A stretch of 64,000 bases of DNA from Kiloniellaceae bacterium (lineage in GTDB: Bacteria > Pseudomonadota > Alphaproteobacteria > Kiloniellales > J153). How positions within the stretch are numbered: the first letter of the stretch is position 1; each line of letters starts with the position of its first letter. The notes under the pieces were generated by a model that was not told the origin of the DNA, made no database searches, and worked only from the letters and a program-made list of their open reading frames with translations. The position numbers and the translations under genes were made by a program. The DNA lies in the NCBI GenBank assembly GCA_021776095.1, contig JAJFGO010000058.1, forward strand, positions 6,652-70,651, written 5' to 3'. Positions 44,561 through 54,759 of this stretch are shown one piece after another.

Positions 44561-45337
44561 ATGGAGCTGCAATTGCGCGACAAGCGCGTCCTGGTTACAG
44601 CGGGTGCTGCGGGCATCGGCCGCGCCATCGTCGAGACCTGCCGCGCCGCCGGTGCGCGCCTGTACGTCTGCGATATCGATGCCGCGGCCCTGGACTCCTT
44701 ACGCGCCGAGGATCCGGAGATCGGTACCAGCCTCTGCGATGTGGCCGACAGCGCGGCGGTCGGGCGCCTGTTCGATGAGGTCAATGCCGCCTTGGGCGGG
44801 CTCGACGCGCTGGTCAACAACGCCGGGATCGCCGGCCCAACAAAGCCGGTCGAGGAAATCGCCGATGAGGAATGGGAGCGCACCCTGGCGATCAACATCA
44901 CTGGCCAGTTCTATTGCGCACGCCGTGCCGTGCCCCTGCTCAAGGCCGCCGGCGGCGGCGCCATCGTCAACATGTCCTCGGCGGCCGGCCGCTTCGGCTA
45001 TCCCTTGCGCAGCCCCTATGCGGCATCCAAGTGGGCGGCGGTTGGTTTCAGCCATACCCTGGCGGTCGAGCTGGGCCCGCAAAACATTCGCGTCAATGCA
45101 ATTCTGCCTGGGCCGGTCGCTGGCGAGCGGATCGACGGTGTGATTTGCGCCAAGGCCAAGCAGCGCGGTGTCGAGGAATCGGTCATGCGCGACGTCTACC
45201 TGGATATGTCGGGCATGCATCAGTTCGTGACCGCCGAGGATGTGGCCGAGATGGTGCTCTACCTTCTGTCCGATGCCGGCCGGCGGATCTCGGGGCAAGC
45301 GATCGGCGTCGATGCCGCGACCTACTATGTGCGTTGA
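44561..45337 (+). CDS. Short-chain dehydrogenase/reductase (SDR)
   Basis: 258 aa. VLVTAGAAGIGRAI cofactor motif, NNAG, and catalytic S...YAASKWA. Confidence 0.85.
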   Translation: MELQLRDKRVLVTAGAAGIGRAIVETCRAAGARLYVCDIDAAALDSLRAEDPEIGTSLCDVADSAAVGRLFDEVNAALGGLDALVNNAGIAGPTKPVEEIADEEWERTLAINITGQFYCARRAVPLLKAAGGGAIVNMSSAAGRFGYPLRSPYAASKWAAVGFSHTLAVELGPQNIRVNAILPGPVAGERIDGVICAKAKQRGVEESVMRDVYLDMSGMHQFVTAEDVAEMVLYLLSDAGRRISGQAIGVDAATYYVR

Positions 45338-45340
45338 ATT

Positions 45341-45482
45341 CTAGAGCGGCATCCGGTCCATTGGACTCGCTTTCAGCGATCCAAGGGGCCGGATAAAGCT
45401 GCGCTACCTCATTGAAGAGTAGAGCAATTTCATCTGAACGAATCGAACCGTATCGGTTCCATTCGTTCAGATATTGCTCTAG
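45341..45482. repeat. Composite CTAGAGC-type palindromic repeat (three ~30-nt units; the last two form a long hairpin)
   Basis: Unit 1 at 45341 (CTAGAGCGGCATCCGGTCCATTGGAC). Units 2 and 3 (45420-45482) form AGAGCAAT..ATCTGAACGAAT.GAACCG-TAT-CGGTTC.ATTCGTTCAGATATTGCTCT. The unit sequence is related to the arms of the 24292-24455 element. Confidence 0.6.
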
Positions 45483-46411
45483 CCGCCATCGCGGGCTCGC
45501 ACGGCGGCCCGCACGTGATCTACCGTGAGGCCGCAGCAGCCGCCGAGGATCCGCACGCCGGACTCGATCCAGTCGCGGCAGAAGGTCTCGAACCTTTGCG
45601 GTGCGATTATGTCGACGAAGCGCCAATCCGGCATCTCGAAGTAGCCTGAATCTGGATAGGCCATGAGGGGCCCGTCGAAATGCCGGCGCACCGATTGCAG
45701 TGACTCGGCGACCAATTCGGCGCCGCTGTGCATGACGCCGGCGGCATCTACGCCTTGCTTTGGGATCAGGCATGTCACGTCGTCGAGCGGCAGATCTTCG
45801 CCTTGATGGAAGCTAACCGCGCGGCCATCCGCCGCGCGGCGCGCGCTGAACCCGAACCAGACCGGGAGGCCGGTCGCCAGGGCAGCGTCCAGAGCAAAGC
45901 GAATCCGTGCCGGGTGATACATCATCTCCAGGATGATCAACTCGCAGCCGGCGGCAGCGAGGATCTGGGCTAATTCCTCAAAGGCGGCTGCGATCTCCCC
46001 ATCGCTGGGCAGTTTCGCGGGATCGACCGAATCCGTGCCCTCGGCCACCGGCACCATGTGCGAGAGCGAGCCGGCGACCACCACCGGTCCACCACCGGGC
46101 GCGGTGTCGCGCGCCCGCAACGCCGCCTCGACGGCGCGCCGGTTGATTTCCTCGACCTGGTTAGCATAGCCGGCGCGCGACAGCATGAGGCGCGACGAGG
46201 CGAAGGTGTTGGCGGTGACGACCTCGGCCCCGGCCGCGATATAGTCTGCGTGAATTTCGCTTAGCATCTTGTCGTTTTGCAAGGTTGCCGCGCCGCACCA
46301 GGCGGCCGGATCCATGGATGCGCCACGGCGCTGTAGCTCGGTGCCAGTGGCGCCGTCCAGGATGACCACCTCGCCGGCGTCCAGGCGCTGCTTCAAAAGA
46401 TTGTAGGCCAC
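45479..46411 (-). CDS. Homocysteine S-methyltransferase family protein
   Basis: DGATGTELQRRG N-terminal block and the C-terminal Zn site ILGGCCGLTVDHV. I prefer the GTG at 46411 (AGGAG 9 nt upstream, giving MAYNLLKQRLDAGEVVILDG). The track ATG at 46513 would add 34 aa. Confidence 0.8.
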   Translation of the reverse strand: MAYNLLKQRLDAGEVVILDGATGTELQRRGASMDPAAWCGAATLQNDKMLSEIHADYIAAGAEVVTANTFASSRLMLSRAGYANQVEEINRRAVEAALRARDTAPGGGPVVVAGSLSHMVPVAEGTDSVDPAKLPSDGEIAAAFEELAQILAAAGCELIILEMMYHPARIRFALDAALATGLPVWFGFSARRAADGRAVSFHQGEDLPLDDVTCLIPKQGVDAAGVMHSGAELVAESLQSVRRHFDGPLMAYPDSGYFEMPDWRFVDIIAPQRFETFCRDWIESGVRILGGCCGLTVDHVRAAVRARDGG

Positions 46412-46527
46412 GATGTTTCGCTCCTGCCGTATCGGCCGAGTGTGATCGAGGCGCTGGAAAAGGTCAAAGCGGTTGGGAAGCCCTCGTACGGCGGACGAGA
46501 AGCTCAAATTCATGGATAGCGATGGTT

Positions 46528-47013
46528 TCAGTTTCGCGCGCGCCGGTTGATCTCGTCGTGCCGTGCGCGAATTTGCTGGGGCCAGGAGGCCTTGATAAAC
46601 GCGAGAACGGCCAGGATCTCGCGATCGGTCAATTCGTTCTCATAGCCTGGCATGTCGCTTTGATAGCCGCCTCCGGCGATGGCGACGGGGCCGAATTTGG
46701 TGAGTTCGAAGAGCTGCCGGTCGCCGTGGTGCCAGGTGTGCCCGGAGGGGTCGTGCGGCGGCGCCGGCAAGCGGCCATCCGCGCGGCGCTCTCGCCAGTT
46801 CGCCTGGCCCTCCAGGTTAGCACCGTGGCAGGCGGCGCATTGCGCTGCGTACACCTTCATTCCCAAGGCAACCGTGTTGGCGTTTCCATAGTCGATCACC
46901 AGGTCCGGTGTCGAACGACCGAATTGCCAATAGAGCCCGAAGGCCAGTGCGGCGATCGCAAAAAGTGCGATTAGTGGCAGTCCGGCCCTTCGTCCCGCGC
47001 GCACCATGGTCAA
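46528..47013 (-). CDS. Membrane-anchored monohaem c-type cytochrome
   Basis: 161 aa. N-terminal TM anchor, one CAACHG haem site, and PPHDPSGHTWHH. Start overlaps the cueR stop. Confidence 0.75.
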   Translation of the reverse strand: MTMVRAGRRAGLPLIALFAIAALAFGLYWQFGRSTPDLVIDYGNANTVALGMKVYAAQCAACHGANLEGQANWRERRADGRLPAPPHDPSGHTWHHGDRQLFELTKFGPVAIAGGGYQSDMPGYENELTDREILAVLAFIKASWPQQIRARHDEINRRARN

Positions 47014-47411
47014 TGAGGCACCATAACGCCGCCGGCTAAATCGTCCAGGATCGGGCAGTCGGGCCGGCTATCGCCGTGACAGGATACGATCAGGTCGGAC
47101 AACGCGGCACGCATGCCGCGCAGTTCGTTGATCTTGCGATCGATGTCGCTCAGGCGCGATTGTGCGAGCTGCTTCACTTCGGCGCTGGCGCGGTTTCTAT
47201 CCTCGTAAAGCGATAGCAGGCTGCGGCAATCGTCGACCGAAAAGCCGAGGCCCCGGGCACGCTGCAGAAACCGCAACTTGTGAATATGCTCGTCGTCATA
47301 ACGGCGGTAACCATTGCCCCAGCGATCCGCCACGACGAGGCCTATGGACTCGTAATAGCGAATGGCCTTGGCCGACAGTCCACTCGCTTCCGAAGCTTGC
47401 CCGATGTTCAT
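47010..47411 (-). CDS. cueR: Cu(I)-responsive MerR-family regulator CueR
   Basis: 133 aa. [28 protein letters not shown]. The C-terminal [11 protein letters not shown] (C-x7-C) is the CueR metal loop. Confidence 0.85.
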   Translation of the reverse strand: MNIGQASEASGLSAKAIRYYESIGLVVADRWGNGYRRYDDEHIHKLRFLQRARGLGFSVDDCRSLLSLYEDRNRASAEVKQLAQSRLSDIDRKINELRGMRAALSDLIVSCHGDSRPDCPILDDLAGGVMVPH

Positions 47412-49744
47412 AGCTTAACACTCCTCAACCTTAGCGCGTTGCCCACCACGGATACCGACGACAGGCTCATGGCCGCGGCGGCGACCATGGGCGACAACAG
47501 AATGCCGAAGACCGGGAATAGCACGCCGGCGGCGATCGGCACGCCGGCGGCATTGTAGATGAAGGCGAAGAACAGGTTTTGACCTATGTTGCGCATGGTC
47601 GCGTGGGCCAGCCGCCGGGCCCGCACGATGCCGTTCAGATCGCCCTTCACCAATGTCAGGCCGGCGCTCTCGATCGCGACGTCGGCACCGGTTCCCATGG
47701 CGATCCCCACGTCCGCTTGGGCCAGGGCGGGCGCGTCGTTCACCCCGTCGCCCGCCATAGCGACCTTGGCGCCCTGCGCCTGCAGGTCCTTAACGATACG
47801 GACCTTGTCTTCCGGCAGCACGTCGGCGCGGATCTCGTCGATGCCGAGCCGAGCCGCCACCGCCTTGGCCGTGCGCTCATTGTCGCCGGTCGCCATGACG
47901 ATACGCAGGCCCTCGGCACGCAGCGCCTTTAAGGCCTCCGTTGTTGTTTCCTTGACCGGATCGGCGACGCTCACAAGGCCCGCGAGCCGCCCCTCGACCA
48001 CGACGAACATGACCGTCTCGCCCTGGTCACGGCGCCGGTTCGCCACGTCGCCGGAACGTCCGACATCGAGCCCCATGTCGGCAATCAGCTTGGCGTTGCC
48101 GAGCGCGGCGACCTTGCCCTCGATCCTAGCTTTCACGCCCTTGCCGGGAATCGCCTGGAAACCCTCGGCCTTGGACAGGCTGATGTTTCGCGCCTCGGCC
48201 CCCGCCACGATGGCTTCGGCGAGTGGGTGCTCGCTGCCTCGTTCGAGCGAGGCGGCCATACGTAGTAGCTCGGACTCCTCGATCCCTTCTTCCGGGAGCA
48301 CGGCGACAAGCTTGGGCTTTCCCTCGGTCAGGGTGCCGGTCTTGTCGACGATCAGAGTGTCTACCTTGGCGAAGCGCTCAAGGGCTTCGGCGTTCTTGAT
48401 CAGCACGCCAGCCTGCGCGCCGCGCCCCGTGGCAGTCATGATGGACATGGGGGTGGCGAGACCCAGGGCGCAGGGGCAAGCGATGATCAAGACCGAGACC
48501 GCTGCCACCAAAGCATAGGCCATGGCCGGCGCCGGACCCCAGATCGACCAGGCGGTGAAGGCCACGACCGCGACCACGACGACCGTCGGCACGAAATAAC
48601 CCGCGACCTGGTCCGCCAGTTTTTGAATCGGCGCGCGGCTGCGTTGCGCCTGGGCGACCATGTCGACGATCCGCGACAGCACCGTATCGGCGCCGACACG
48701 CTCGGCCGCCATGACGAAGGATCCCGTGCCATTGATCGTGGCGCCGGTCACAGGGTCGCCGGCCGATTTTTCGACCGGCACGGGCTCGCCGGTCAGCATG
48801 GATTCATCGAGCGATGAATGCCCTTCCACGACGATACCGTCGACCGGTACCTTGTCGCCTGGTCGCACCCGGAGGTGGTCTCCGACCTGAACGTCCTCGA
48901 GCGGCCTCTCCGCTTCGCTGCCATCCGGCAGGACGACCCGCGCGGTTTTTGGCGCCAGGTCCATGAGCGCGCGGATCGCGCCGCCGGTTCGTTCGCGGGC
49001 GCCCAGTTCCAATAGCTGACCCAGCAGCACGAGCACCACAATGACGGCGCCGGCCTCGAAATAGACCCCGACATGGCCTTCGGCATCGCGGAAGCCGGCC
49101 GGAAAAATCCCCGGCGCAAGGGTTGCCGCCACGCTAAACCCATAGGCCGCGCCGACCCCCATGGCGATCAGGGTGAACATATTCAGGTTGCGGCTCATCA
49201 CCGACTTCCAGCCGCGGACGAAAAATGGCCAGCCGGACCAGAGAATGACGGGTGTCGCGAGAGCGAACTCGGCCCAAATCGCCGGCCCTTCGCCGATCCA
49301 CTCACGTATGGGCAGACCGATGAGAGGTCCCATGGTGAGCACGAGGACCGGGACCGTCAGGATCGCGCCGATCCAGAAGCGGCGTGTGAAATCCACCATT
49401 TCCGGGTTGGGGCCCGCGTCCGCGGACGGTACCCCCATGGGCTCCAGCGCCATGCCGCAGATCGGGCAGTCGTCCGGTCCGTCCTCAACGATCTCAGGGT
49501 GCATGGGGCAGGTGTAGGTGGTTCCCGCCGGCATGGGGTCCGGCGCAGGCCGCCCGTTCAGATACTTGGCGGGTTCGCCTTCGAACCGCTCCCGGCACGG
49601 CGCTGAGCAAAAGTAGAAGCGCTGGCCCGCGTGTTCGGCGACATGCTTGGCGGCCGTGCGCGCGACGCTCATGCCGCAGACCGGGTCTTGGGCCCGGTCA
49701 GACTCTTCTGGTTCGTGATCGTGCCGGCACCCGTGCTCAGCCAT
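47408..49744 (-). CDS. copA: Copper-translocating P1B-type ATPase
   Basis: 778 aa with CPC ([12 protein letters not shown]), DKTGTLT and GDGVNDAP. N-terminal TRASH/YHS-like DPVCGMSV...[11 protein letters not shown] plus YTCPMHPE...CPICGM. No classical GMxCxxC HMA domain. Confidence 0.9.
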   Translation of the reverse strand: MAEHGCRHDHEPEESDRAQDPVCGMSVARTAAKHVAEHAGQRFYFCSAPCRERFEGEPAKYLNGRPAPDPMPAGTTYTCPMHPEIVEDGPDDCPICGMALEPMGVPSADAGPNPEMVDFTRRFWIGAILTVPVLVLTMGPLIGLPIREWIGEGPAIWAEFALATPVILWSGWPFFVRGWKSVMSRNLNMFTLIAMGVGAAYGFSVAATLAPGIFPAGFRDAEGHVGVYFEAGAVIVVLVLLGQLLELGARERTGGAIRALMDLAPKTARVVLPDGSEAERPLEDVQVGDHLRVRPGDKVPVDGIVVEGHSSLDESMLTGEPVPVEKSAGDPVTGATINGTGSFVMAAERVGADTVLSRIVDMVAQAQRSRAPIQKLADQVAGYFVPTVVVVAVVAFTAWSIWGPAPAMAYALVAAVSVLIIACPCALGLATPMSIMTATGRGAQAGVLIKNAEALERFAKVDTLIVDKTGTLTEGKPKLVAVLPEEGIEESELLRMAASLERGSEHPLAEAIVAGAEARNISLSKAEGFQAIPGKGVKARIEGKVAALGNAKLIADMGLDVGRSGDVANRRRDQGETVMFVVVEGRLAGLVSVADPVKETTTEALKALRAEGLRIVMATGDNERTAKAVAARLGIDEIRADVLPEDKVRIVKDLQAQGAKVAMAGDGVNDAPALAQADVGIAMGTGADVAIESAGLTLVKGDLNGIVRARRLAHATMRNIGQNLFFAFIYNAAGVPIAAGVLFPVFGILLSPMVAAAAMSLSSVSVVGNALRLRSVKL

Positions 49745-49798
49745 GGGCCGATAACCTCTTTCCCTTTTGGCGACCGCAGGGGGCCGCCCAGGGATCCC

Positions 49799-49829
49799 AA
49801 GATAGACCTTCCCCTCACTGGAAGGTCAA
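49799..49829 (-). promoter_or_regulatory. CueR-type promoter/operator of copA
   Basis: The minus strand reads TTGACC-ttccagtgaggggaaggtc-TATCTT. That gives a -35 and -10 separated by 19 bp (MerR-class spacing). The spacer holds the perfect dyad GACCTTCC-N7-GGAAGGTC (49805-49827), almost identical to the E. coli PcopA operator. It lies about 55 nt upstream of the copA ATG. Confidence 0.8.
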
Positions 49830-49899
49830 GGGCGTACGGGGCGCGAGCGGCACGGGGTTGCGCCCGGGATCAATTTCGAACGCGGCCCGCGGGGTCGGA

Positions 49900-51261
49900 T
49901 TATTCTGCCGCCGCCGAAGGCTTAACCTGCAAATAGCTTTCGAGGGAATCGTCCAGGGCCTCGACCCATGGGGTGTGATGCTTGGGCGCCATGGTGCCGG
50001 TCATCACGGACTTATAGCCGTTGTCCCGGAAACCCATGATGTTTTCCTTCTTGTGCTTCTTCCACTGGAAGAATGCCTCGTTCGCCCCCTCTATATCGAA
50101 GCTGGGATAGTCCGTTTCGGCGATCAACTCTCCGGTATAGGCGCCCTGATAGCGGATCGCGCCATAGTCGTCCTCCAAGGCGTCCTCTGCGGCGACCCGG
50201 GCCTCCACATCGGCGACCATCGTCCCTTTAGACGGCACCTCTATCCGGCCCATGATGACGTCGCGCACGTACCAAGCCTGGGCATCGAACATGTTGAAGG
50301 TGTACCACTGGTCCTGCATGCCCAGATAAAACAGCTTCGGGTTGTGAACCCAGGCAACGCCCTTGTAGAGGTCGGCCGTGGCCAGACGGTTGGCGGTGCG
50401 CAGCTGCAGATTGCTGGCCATAAACGGGAAATGATGCTGGTAGCCGGTGCATAGGATGATGGCATCGACGTCCTTGCTCGTTCCGTCCTTGAAGTGGGCG
50501 GTGTTCTTTTCGACCCGCTGCAACAGTGGCACTTCCGACCAATTGTCCGGCCAGTTGTAGCCCATGGGGGCGGTCCGGTGGCTGATGGTCACCGACTTGC
50601 AGCCGTATTTCCAGCATTGCGACCCGATGTCTTCGGCCGAATAGCTGGTGCCGATGATTAGGATATTCTTGCCTTTGAATTCCAGCGCGTCGCGGAAATC
50701 GTGGGCATGAAGCACCCGGCCGTTGAAAGCCTCGAAGCCTTCGAATTGCGGTACGTTGGGGGTCGAGAAATGACCGCTGGCCACGACCACATGATCGAAG
50801 ATCTCGTTGATCTCCTTGTCGTTGACCAGATCATGGGCGACCAGGCGAAAATTTCCCTTTTGGTCGTCGTACTCGACCCATCGCACCGGGGTCCGGAAGC
50901 GGATCGACCGGCGCACGTCGGCCTTTTCCACCCGGCCCTTGATGTAATCGAACAAGACGGCCCTGGGCGGGTAGGAGGCGATCGCCTTTCCGAAATGTTC
51001 CTCGAAGGTGTAGTCGGCGAATTCCAGGCCTTCCTTGGGACCGTTGGACCAAAGGTACCTGTACATGCTGCAGTGGACCGGCTCGCCGTATTCGTCGAGG
51101 CCGGTGCGCCAAGTGTAATTCCACAGGCCGCCCCAGTCCGCCTGCGATTCAAAACAAACGATCTCAGGCGTATCGGCGCCCTTAGAGGCTGCCGATTGAA
51201 AGGCGCGCAGTTGCGCAAGTCCCGAGGGGCCGGCCCCAATTACCGCTACACGCTTTGTCAT
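49900..51261 (-). CDS. tmm: Flavin-containing monooxygenase, bacterial trimethylamine monooxygenase (Tmm) type
   Basis: 453 aa with GGGAGGA SD. FAD site [12 protein letters not shown] motif [16 protein letters not shown] site [10 protein letters not shown]. Length and N-terminus ([22 protein letters not shown]) are as in characterised Tmm. Confidence 0.8.
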   Translation of the reverse strand: MTKRVAVIGAGPSGLAQLRAFQSAASKGADTPEIVCFESQADWGGLWNYTWRTGLDEYGEPVHCSMYRYLWSNGPKEGLEFADYTFEEHFGKAIASYPPRAVLFDYIKGRVEKADVRRSIRFRTPVRWVEYDDQKGNFRLVAHDLVNDKEINEIFDHVVVASGHFSTPNVPQFEGFEAFNGRVLHAHDFRDALEFKGKNILIIGTSYSAEDIGSQCWKYGCKSVTISHRTAPMGYNWPDNWSEVPLLQRVEKNTAHFKDGTSKDVDAIILCTGYQHHFPFMASNLQLRTANRLATADLYKGVAWVHNPKLFYLGMQDQWYTFNMFDAQAWYVRDVIMGRIEVPSKGTMVADVEARVAAEDALEDDYGAIRYQGAYTGELIAETDYPSFDIEGANEAFFQWKKHKKENIMGFRDNGYKSVMTGTMAPKHHTPWVEALDDSLESYLQVKPSAAAE

Positions 51262-51319
51262 TTGCTTTGTCCTCCCGTTCAGGTCTTCGGTTTGGCATAC
51301 GGTCCCAAACCAATCTCAA

Positions 51320-51338
51320 CCAATATTCGGCATATTGG
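51320..51338. promoter_or_regulatory. Palindrome in the tmm / ABC divergent control region
   Basis: CCAATAT-TCGGC-ATATTGG, with perfect 7-bp arms. It lies 59 nt upstream of the tmm ATG in a 300-bp AT-rich intergenic region. Confidence 0.3.
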
Positions 51339-51561
51339 TACATTTTCGGATGGATATCGCAAGAGTCTCCTGCCGTCATTACCTAGTCCAACCCCAGAAA
51401 TCAGCGAAATTCCGACTTTCTAGTTTTCAACTAGCTCAATTTTCGTTAGCGTCGGAGGTGCGGTAAAAACACCAAAGAGATAATTGGTCTGAAATTGGTC
51501 GTTCAGTCGAACCATAAAAGACCGAACACAAACAATCCAAATTTTCGTTGGGAGGAAAGCC

Positions 51562-52866
51562 ATGATCGTCAAGTTTATCAAGGACGGCATAAGCCGTCGA
51601 AGATTTTTGGGTTCGACGGCGTCATTGGCCGGCTTGAGCGCGCTGAGCGCAGGATTGCCGGGCGCGGCGCTCGCCGCCGGGAAGGTCGTGAAAATCGGCT
51701 TTCTGGCCCCTTTGACAGGACCGGTCGCCGCCTGGGGTAAACCCGGCCTGGACGGCTGTCAGATTTGGGCCGAGTGGGTCAACAATGCGGGCGGCATCAA
51801 GATCGGCGGCGAAGGCCACAAGGTCGAATTCATCGGCTACGACAACGAGTACGACCCTGCGAAAGCACGTGCCGGGGCGACCAAGCTCATTCGCGAAGAC
51901 GGGGTGAAGTTCGTCATGATGCTGGGCGGCGACACTTGGCCTGGCGCGCAGCCGGTCGCGGACAAGACCGGTATGCTGTTTTCGACCCTGCTGCCCTCCG
52001 ACCTTGGCCCCGATACGTCGACTCTGATCGCGCCGGCGGAGGTTCACCCCATCTACAACGTCACCGGGGTGGAATGGCTGGCCGAGACCAAGCCGGACTT
52101 GAAGACCGCGGTCATGTGCGCCCAGGACGACGCCCTTGGCCTGCCATCGGTCGCGACCTATTTGGCCGCCTTCGAGGCCGCCGGTATCCAGATGCAGGGC
52201 GATCCGCTGCTGTTCGATCCGGCGACCACCGATTTCGCGCCGGTCGTGACCAAACTGCTGTCGACTAATCCGCAGATCGTCTGTCTCGACACCTGCTATT
52301 CCGACTATGTCCACCCGATTACGGAACAGCTGTTCCAACAAGGCTTCAAGGGACAGATCATCTCCTGCACTGCAGATTTCTACGATCAGATGATTGCCAA
52401 GACCTCGAAGGAATTCATGGAAGGTTTCATCTTCCAATTCCCCGACTTCGACGATCCGGCCTTGAACGCATCTAACATCAATTTCCAGAACCCGAACGGC
52501 TTCTTTGAGGAATACAACAAGCGCCATCCCGGCGAATGGGGTGCGGTGAGTTGGGAATACGCCTCGATCATGGACCTCTGGAAGGCCGCCGCGGAAAAAG
52601 CCGATTCGGTCGAGCCAGATGCCGTACTCGCCGCCATGACCAAGAGCGGCAAGGGCGACCACGCTTTCGGAAGGGCCGACTGGTGGGGCAAGGATTTGTT
52701 CGGAATAGACCACGCCCTGGTCGGCGACTGGCCCGTGGTTGCCATCGAAGGCGGCAAGGCCCGGATTAAGGGCTTCAAATCAATCCCGGACTGGTACGCC
52801 AAGCATGGCGAACTTCTGAAGAAGCACATGGCCGCCTACGGCCAGATGTGGAATCAGCGCGGCTGA
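51562..52866 (+). CDS. Liv-type ABC substrate-binding protein, twin-arginine signal
   Basis: 434 aa with GGGAGGA SD. SRRRFLGSTASLAGLSALSAGLPGAALA Tat signal. VKIGFLAPLTGPVAAWG is typical of LivK-fold SBPs. Confidence 0.85.
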   Translation: MIVKFIKDGISRRRFLGSTASLAGLSALSAGLPGAALAAGKVVKIGFLAPLTGPVAAWGKPGLDGCQIWAEWVNNAGGIKIGGEGHKVEFIGYDNEYDPAKARAGATKLIREDGVKFVMMLGGDTWPGAQPVADKTGMLFSTLLPSDLGPDTSTLIAPAEVHPIYNVTGVEWLAETKPDLKTAVMCAQDDALGLPSVATYLAAFEAAGIQMQGDPLLFDPATTDFAPVVTKLLSTNPQIVCLDTCYSDYVHPITEQLFQQGFKGQIISCTADFYDQMIAKTSKEFMEGFIFQFPDFDDPALNASNINFQNPNGFFEEYNKRHPGEWGAVSWEYASIMDLWKAAAEKADSVEPDAVLAAMTKSGKGDHAFGRADWWGKDLFGIDHALVGDWPVVAIEGGKARIKGFKSIPDWYAKHGELLKKHMAAYGQMWNQRG

Positions 52867-52881
52867 TCGCTGGTGTCTTTG

Positions 52882-52907
52882 TGCAGCGCGGCCGCGGCCG
52901 CGCTGCA
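52882..52907 (+). terminator. Perfect 26-nt palindrome/hairpin after the SBP gene (attenuating terminator or mRNA stabiliser)
   Basis: TGCAGCGCGGCC-GC-GGCCGCGCTGCA followed by TTT. Located in the 66-nt gap before the first permease gene. Confidence 0.45.
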
Positions 52908-52932
52908 TTTCCTTCGCGAATGATGTGGGGCC

Positions 52933-53802
52933 ATGGCTGAACTCCTGGTGCAAACCGGGCTGAACGCTCTCTACGCGGCAGCCTACATGTCGCTTATCGC
53001 GGTCGGCCTGGTCTTGATATTCGGGGTCATGGGCATCATCAACTTTGCCCATGGCGAGCTTTTCATGCTCGGCGCTTATGTCGTGGTCGCTCTCTATGCC
53101 GACTTCCAAGTGCCCTATGTCTTGGTTGCGGCGCTTGGACTGGTCTTCGTGGGCTGTGTTGGCGTGGCCATGGAATGGGCCATGTTCCGGCGACTGCGCG
53201 ACAATCCCCTGGGCGGCCTCGTGGCCTCCATCGGCTTCTTGATGATCCTTCAGGCCCTGGTCTCCATGGGTTTTGGCGTGCGCATGGCCCATGTTCCGCC
53301 GGTCACCCAAGAGGTCATTATCTTCTCGGAGCGGGTGCGCCTTCCCGTGCAGCGCCTGATCGTGATTCTGGCCGCCATTGGGTTCCTGACCGCCCTATGG
53401 GCGTTCCTCACCAAAACCCGATTCGGCTGGGCCCTTCGGGCCAGCGCTCAGGACCAGGAGGCGGCCGCCCTCCAAGGTATCTCAATCAACCAGACCGCCG
53501 GGATCGCCATGTTTATCGGCGCGAGCCTAGCCGGTATCGCCGGCGCCCTGACCGCGCCGCTGATCTCGGTCAATCCGCACATGGGGCATTCGGTGATCGT
53601 CGCCGCCTTCATTGTCATCATCGTCGGTGGGGTCGGCTCGTTGGAAGGTGCCGTGCTGGCGGCCGTTATCTATGCCTTCGTGCACACCTTCGTGACCACC
53701 TTCGCCGATGGGGTGATTGCCGATGTTGTTGGCCTTTTGCTGATGCTGGTCGTGCTGATCATCAAACCGACCGGCCTGTTCGGGACGGCCGACCGTGCCT
53801 AG
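52933..53802 (+). CDS. Branched-chain-type ABC permease (LivH-like)
   Basis: 289 aa, polytopic, with a LIFGVMGIINFAHGELFMLGAY block. Confidence 0.85.
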   Translation: MAELLVQTGLNALYAAAYMSLIAVGLVLIFGVMGIINFAHGELFMLGAYVVVALYADFQVPYVLVAALGLVFVGCVGVAMEWAMFRRLRDNPLGGLVASIGFLMILQALVSMGFGVRMAHVPPVTQEVIIFSERVRLPVQRLIVILAAIGFLTALWAFLTKTRFGWALRASAQDQEAAALQGISINQTAGIAMFIGASLAGIAGALTAPLISVNPHMGHSVIVAAFIVIIVGGVGSLEGAVLAAVIYAFVHTFVTTFADGVIADVVGLLLMLVVLIIKPTGLFGTADRA

Positions 53803-54748
53803 AGGTCTCGCTTGGCTGTTGCTGGCGTTGGTTCTCGTCGCCCTGCCTCATGGTTTGAGCTTTTCGCAGCAAGAGATTCTGGTCTTCCTGACCATCAACG
53901 TGCTCCTGGTCGCATCCTACCGGCTCTTGACCCTGACTGGGGAATGGTCGCTCGGCCATGTAGTGATCATGGGTGTGGGGGCTTATGCATCGGCGCTGTT
54001 GTCGAAACGCCTGGGGATTTACGTGCCGGTCGCCATGCTGCTGGGCGCCGGCGTCGCGGCGCTGGTCGCCTATATCCTCAGCTTTCCGCTGTTTCGCATG
54101 AAGGGGTTCTATTTCCTGATTGGCAGTTTCGCGGCGGGCGAGGTCATCCGCCTGCTTTGGAAACGCTTTCGCGATCCCTTTGGCGGGCCCAAGGGGCTGA
54201 AGCGGATCGAGGGCATGCCCGATCTCGACCTCGGCGTCTACGCCTTGGATTTCTTCGAGCCGATCACCTACTACTACTTTGCCGCGGCTGTCGTCGCTTT
54301 TTGCTTGTGGATCATGTGGCGGATCGAGCGATCGCCCGTCGGGCTGACGTTCCATGCAATTCACTGGCAGGACAAACTGGCCGAGGCCTCGGGCGTCAAC
54401 GTGCGCGCCTACCGGACCCGCGCCTTCGTGCTGGCGTCGGGCTTCGCCGGGTTCTCCGGCGCCTTGTTGGCGCACTATATCGGCACCATCAATCCCAATA
54501 GCTTCGATGTGGAACAGATGGTCTTCGTTTTGACCTGGGCCATTGTCGGAGGCACGGCCACCTTCTACGGGCCGATCCTGGGCTGTATCGTGTTGACCGT
54601 GCTGAACGAGATCGTGTTGCGCGAGATGGGTTTCGAGCAGATGCGCCCGCTGGTCTACGGCCTGATCATGATTTTGTCCGTCTTGTTCCTGCCCAAGGGC
54701 TTGGAAAGCGTGGTGCAGCGCGTGCTTTCGGCGCGCAAGACCGGTTAG
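53795..54748 (+). CDS. Branched-chain-type ABC permease (LivM-like)
   Basis: 317 aa, polytopic. The GTG start overlaps the upstream stop. Confidence 0.85.
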   Translation: MPRGLAWLLLALVLVALPHGLSFSQQEILVFLTINVLLVASYRLLTLTGEWSLGHVVIMGVGAYASALLSKRLGIYVPVAMLLGAGVAALVAYILSFPLFRMKGFYFLIGSFAAGEVIRLLWKRFRDPFGGPKGLKRIEGMPDLDLGVYALDFFEPITYYYFAAAVVAFCLWIMWRIERSPVGLTFHAIHWQDKLAEASGVNVRAYRTRAFVLASGFAGFSGALLAHYIGTINPNSFDVEQMVFVLTWAIVGGTATFYGPILGCIVLTVLNEIVLREMGFEQMRPLVYGLIMILSVLFLPKGLESVVQRVLSARKTG

Positions 54749-54759
54749 GGGCGCGAAGC

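Noticed and set aside
51622-52713. 363-aa minus-strand ORF
   Set aside because: It is antisense to the Tat-signal SBP gene.
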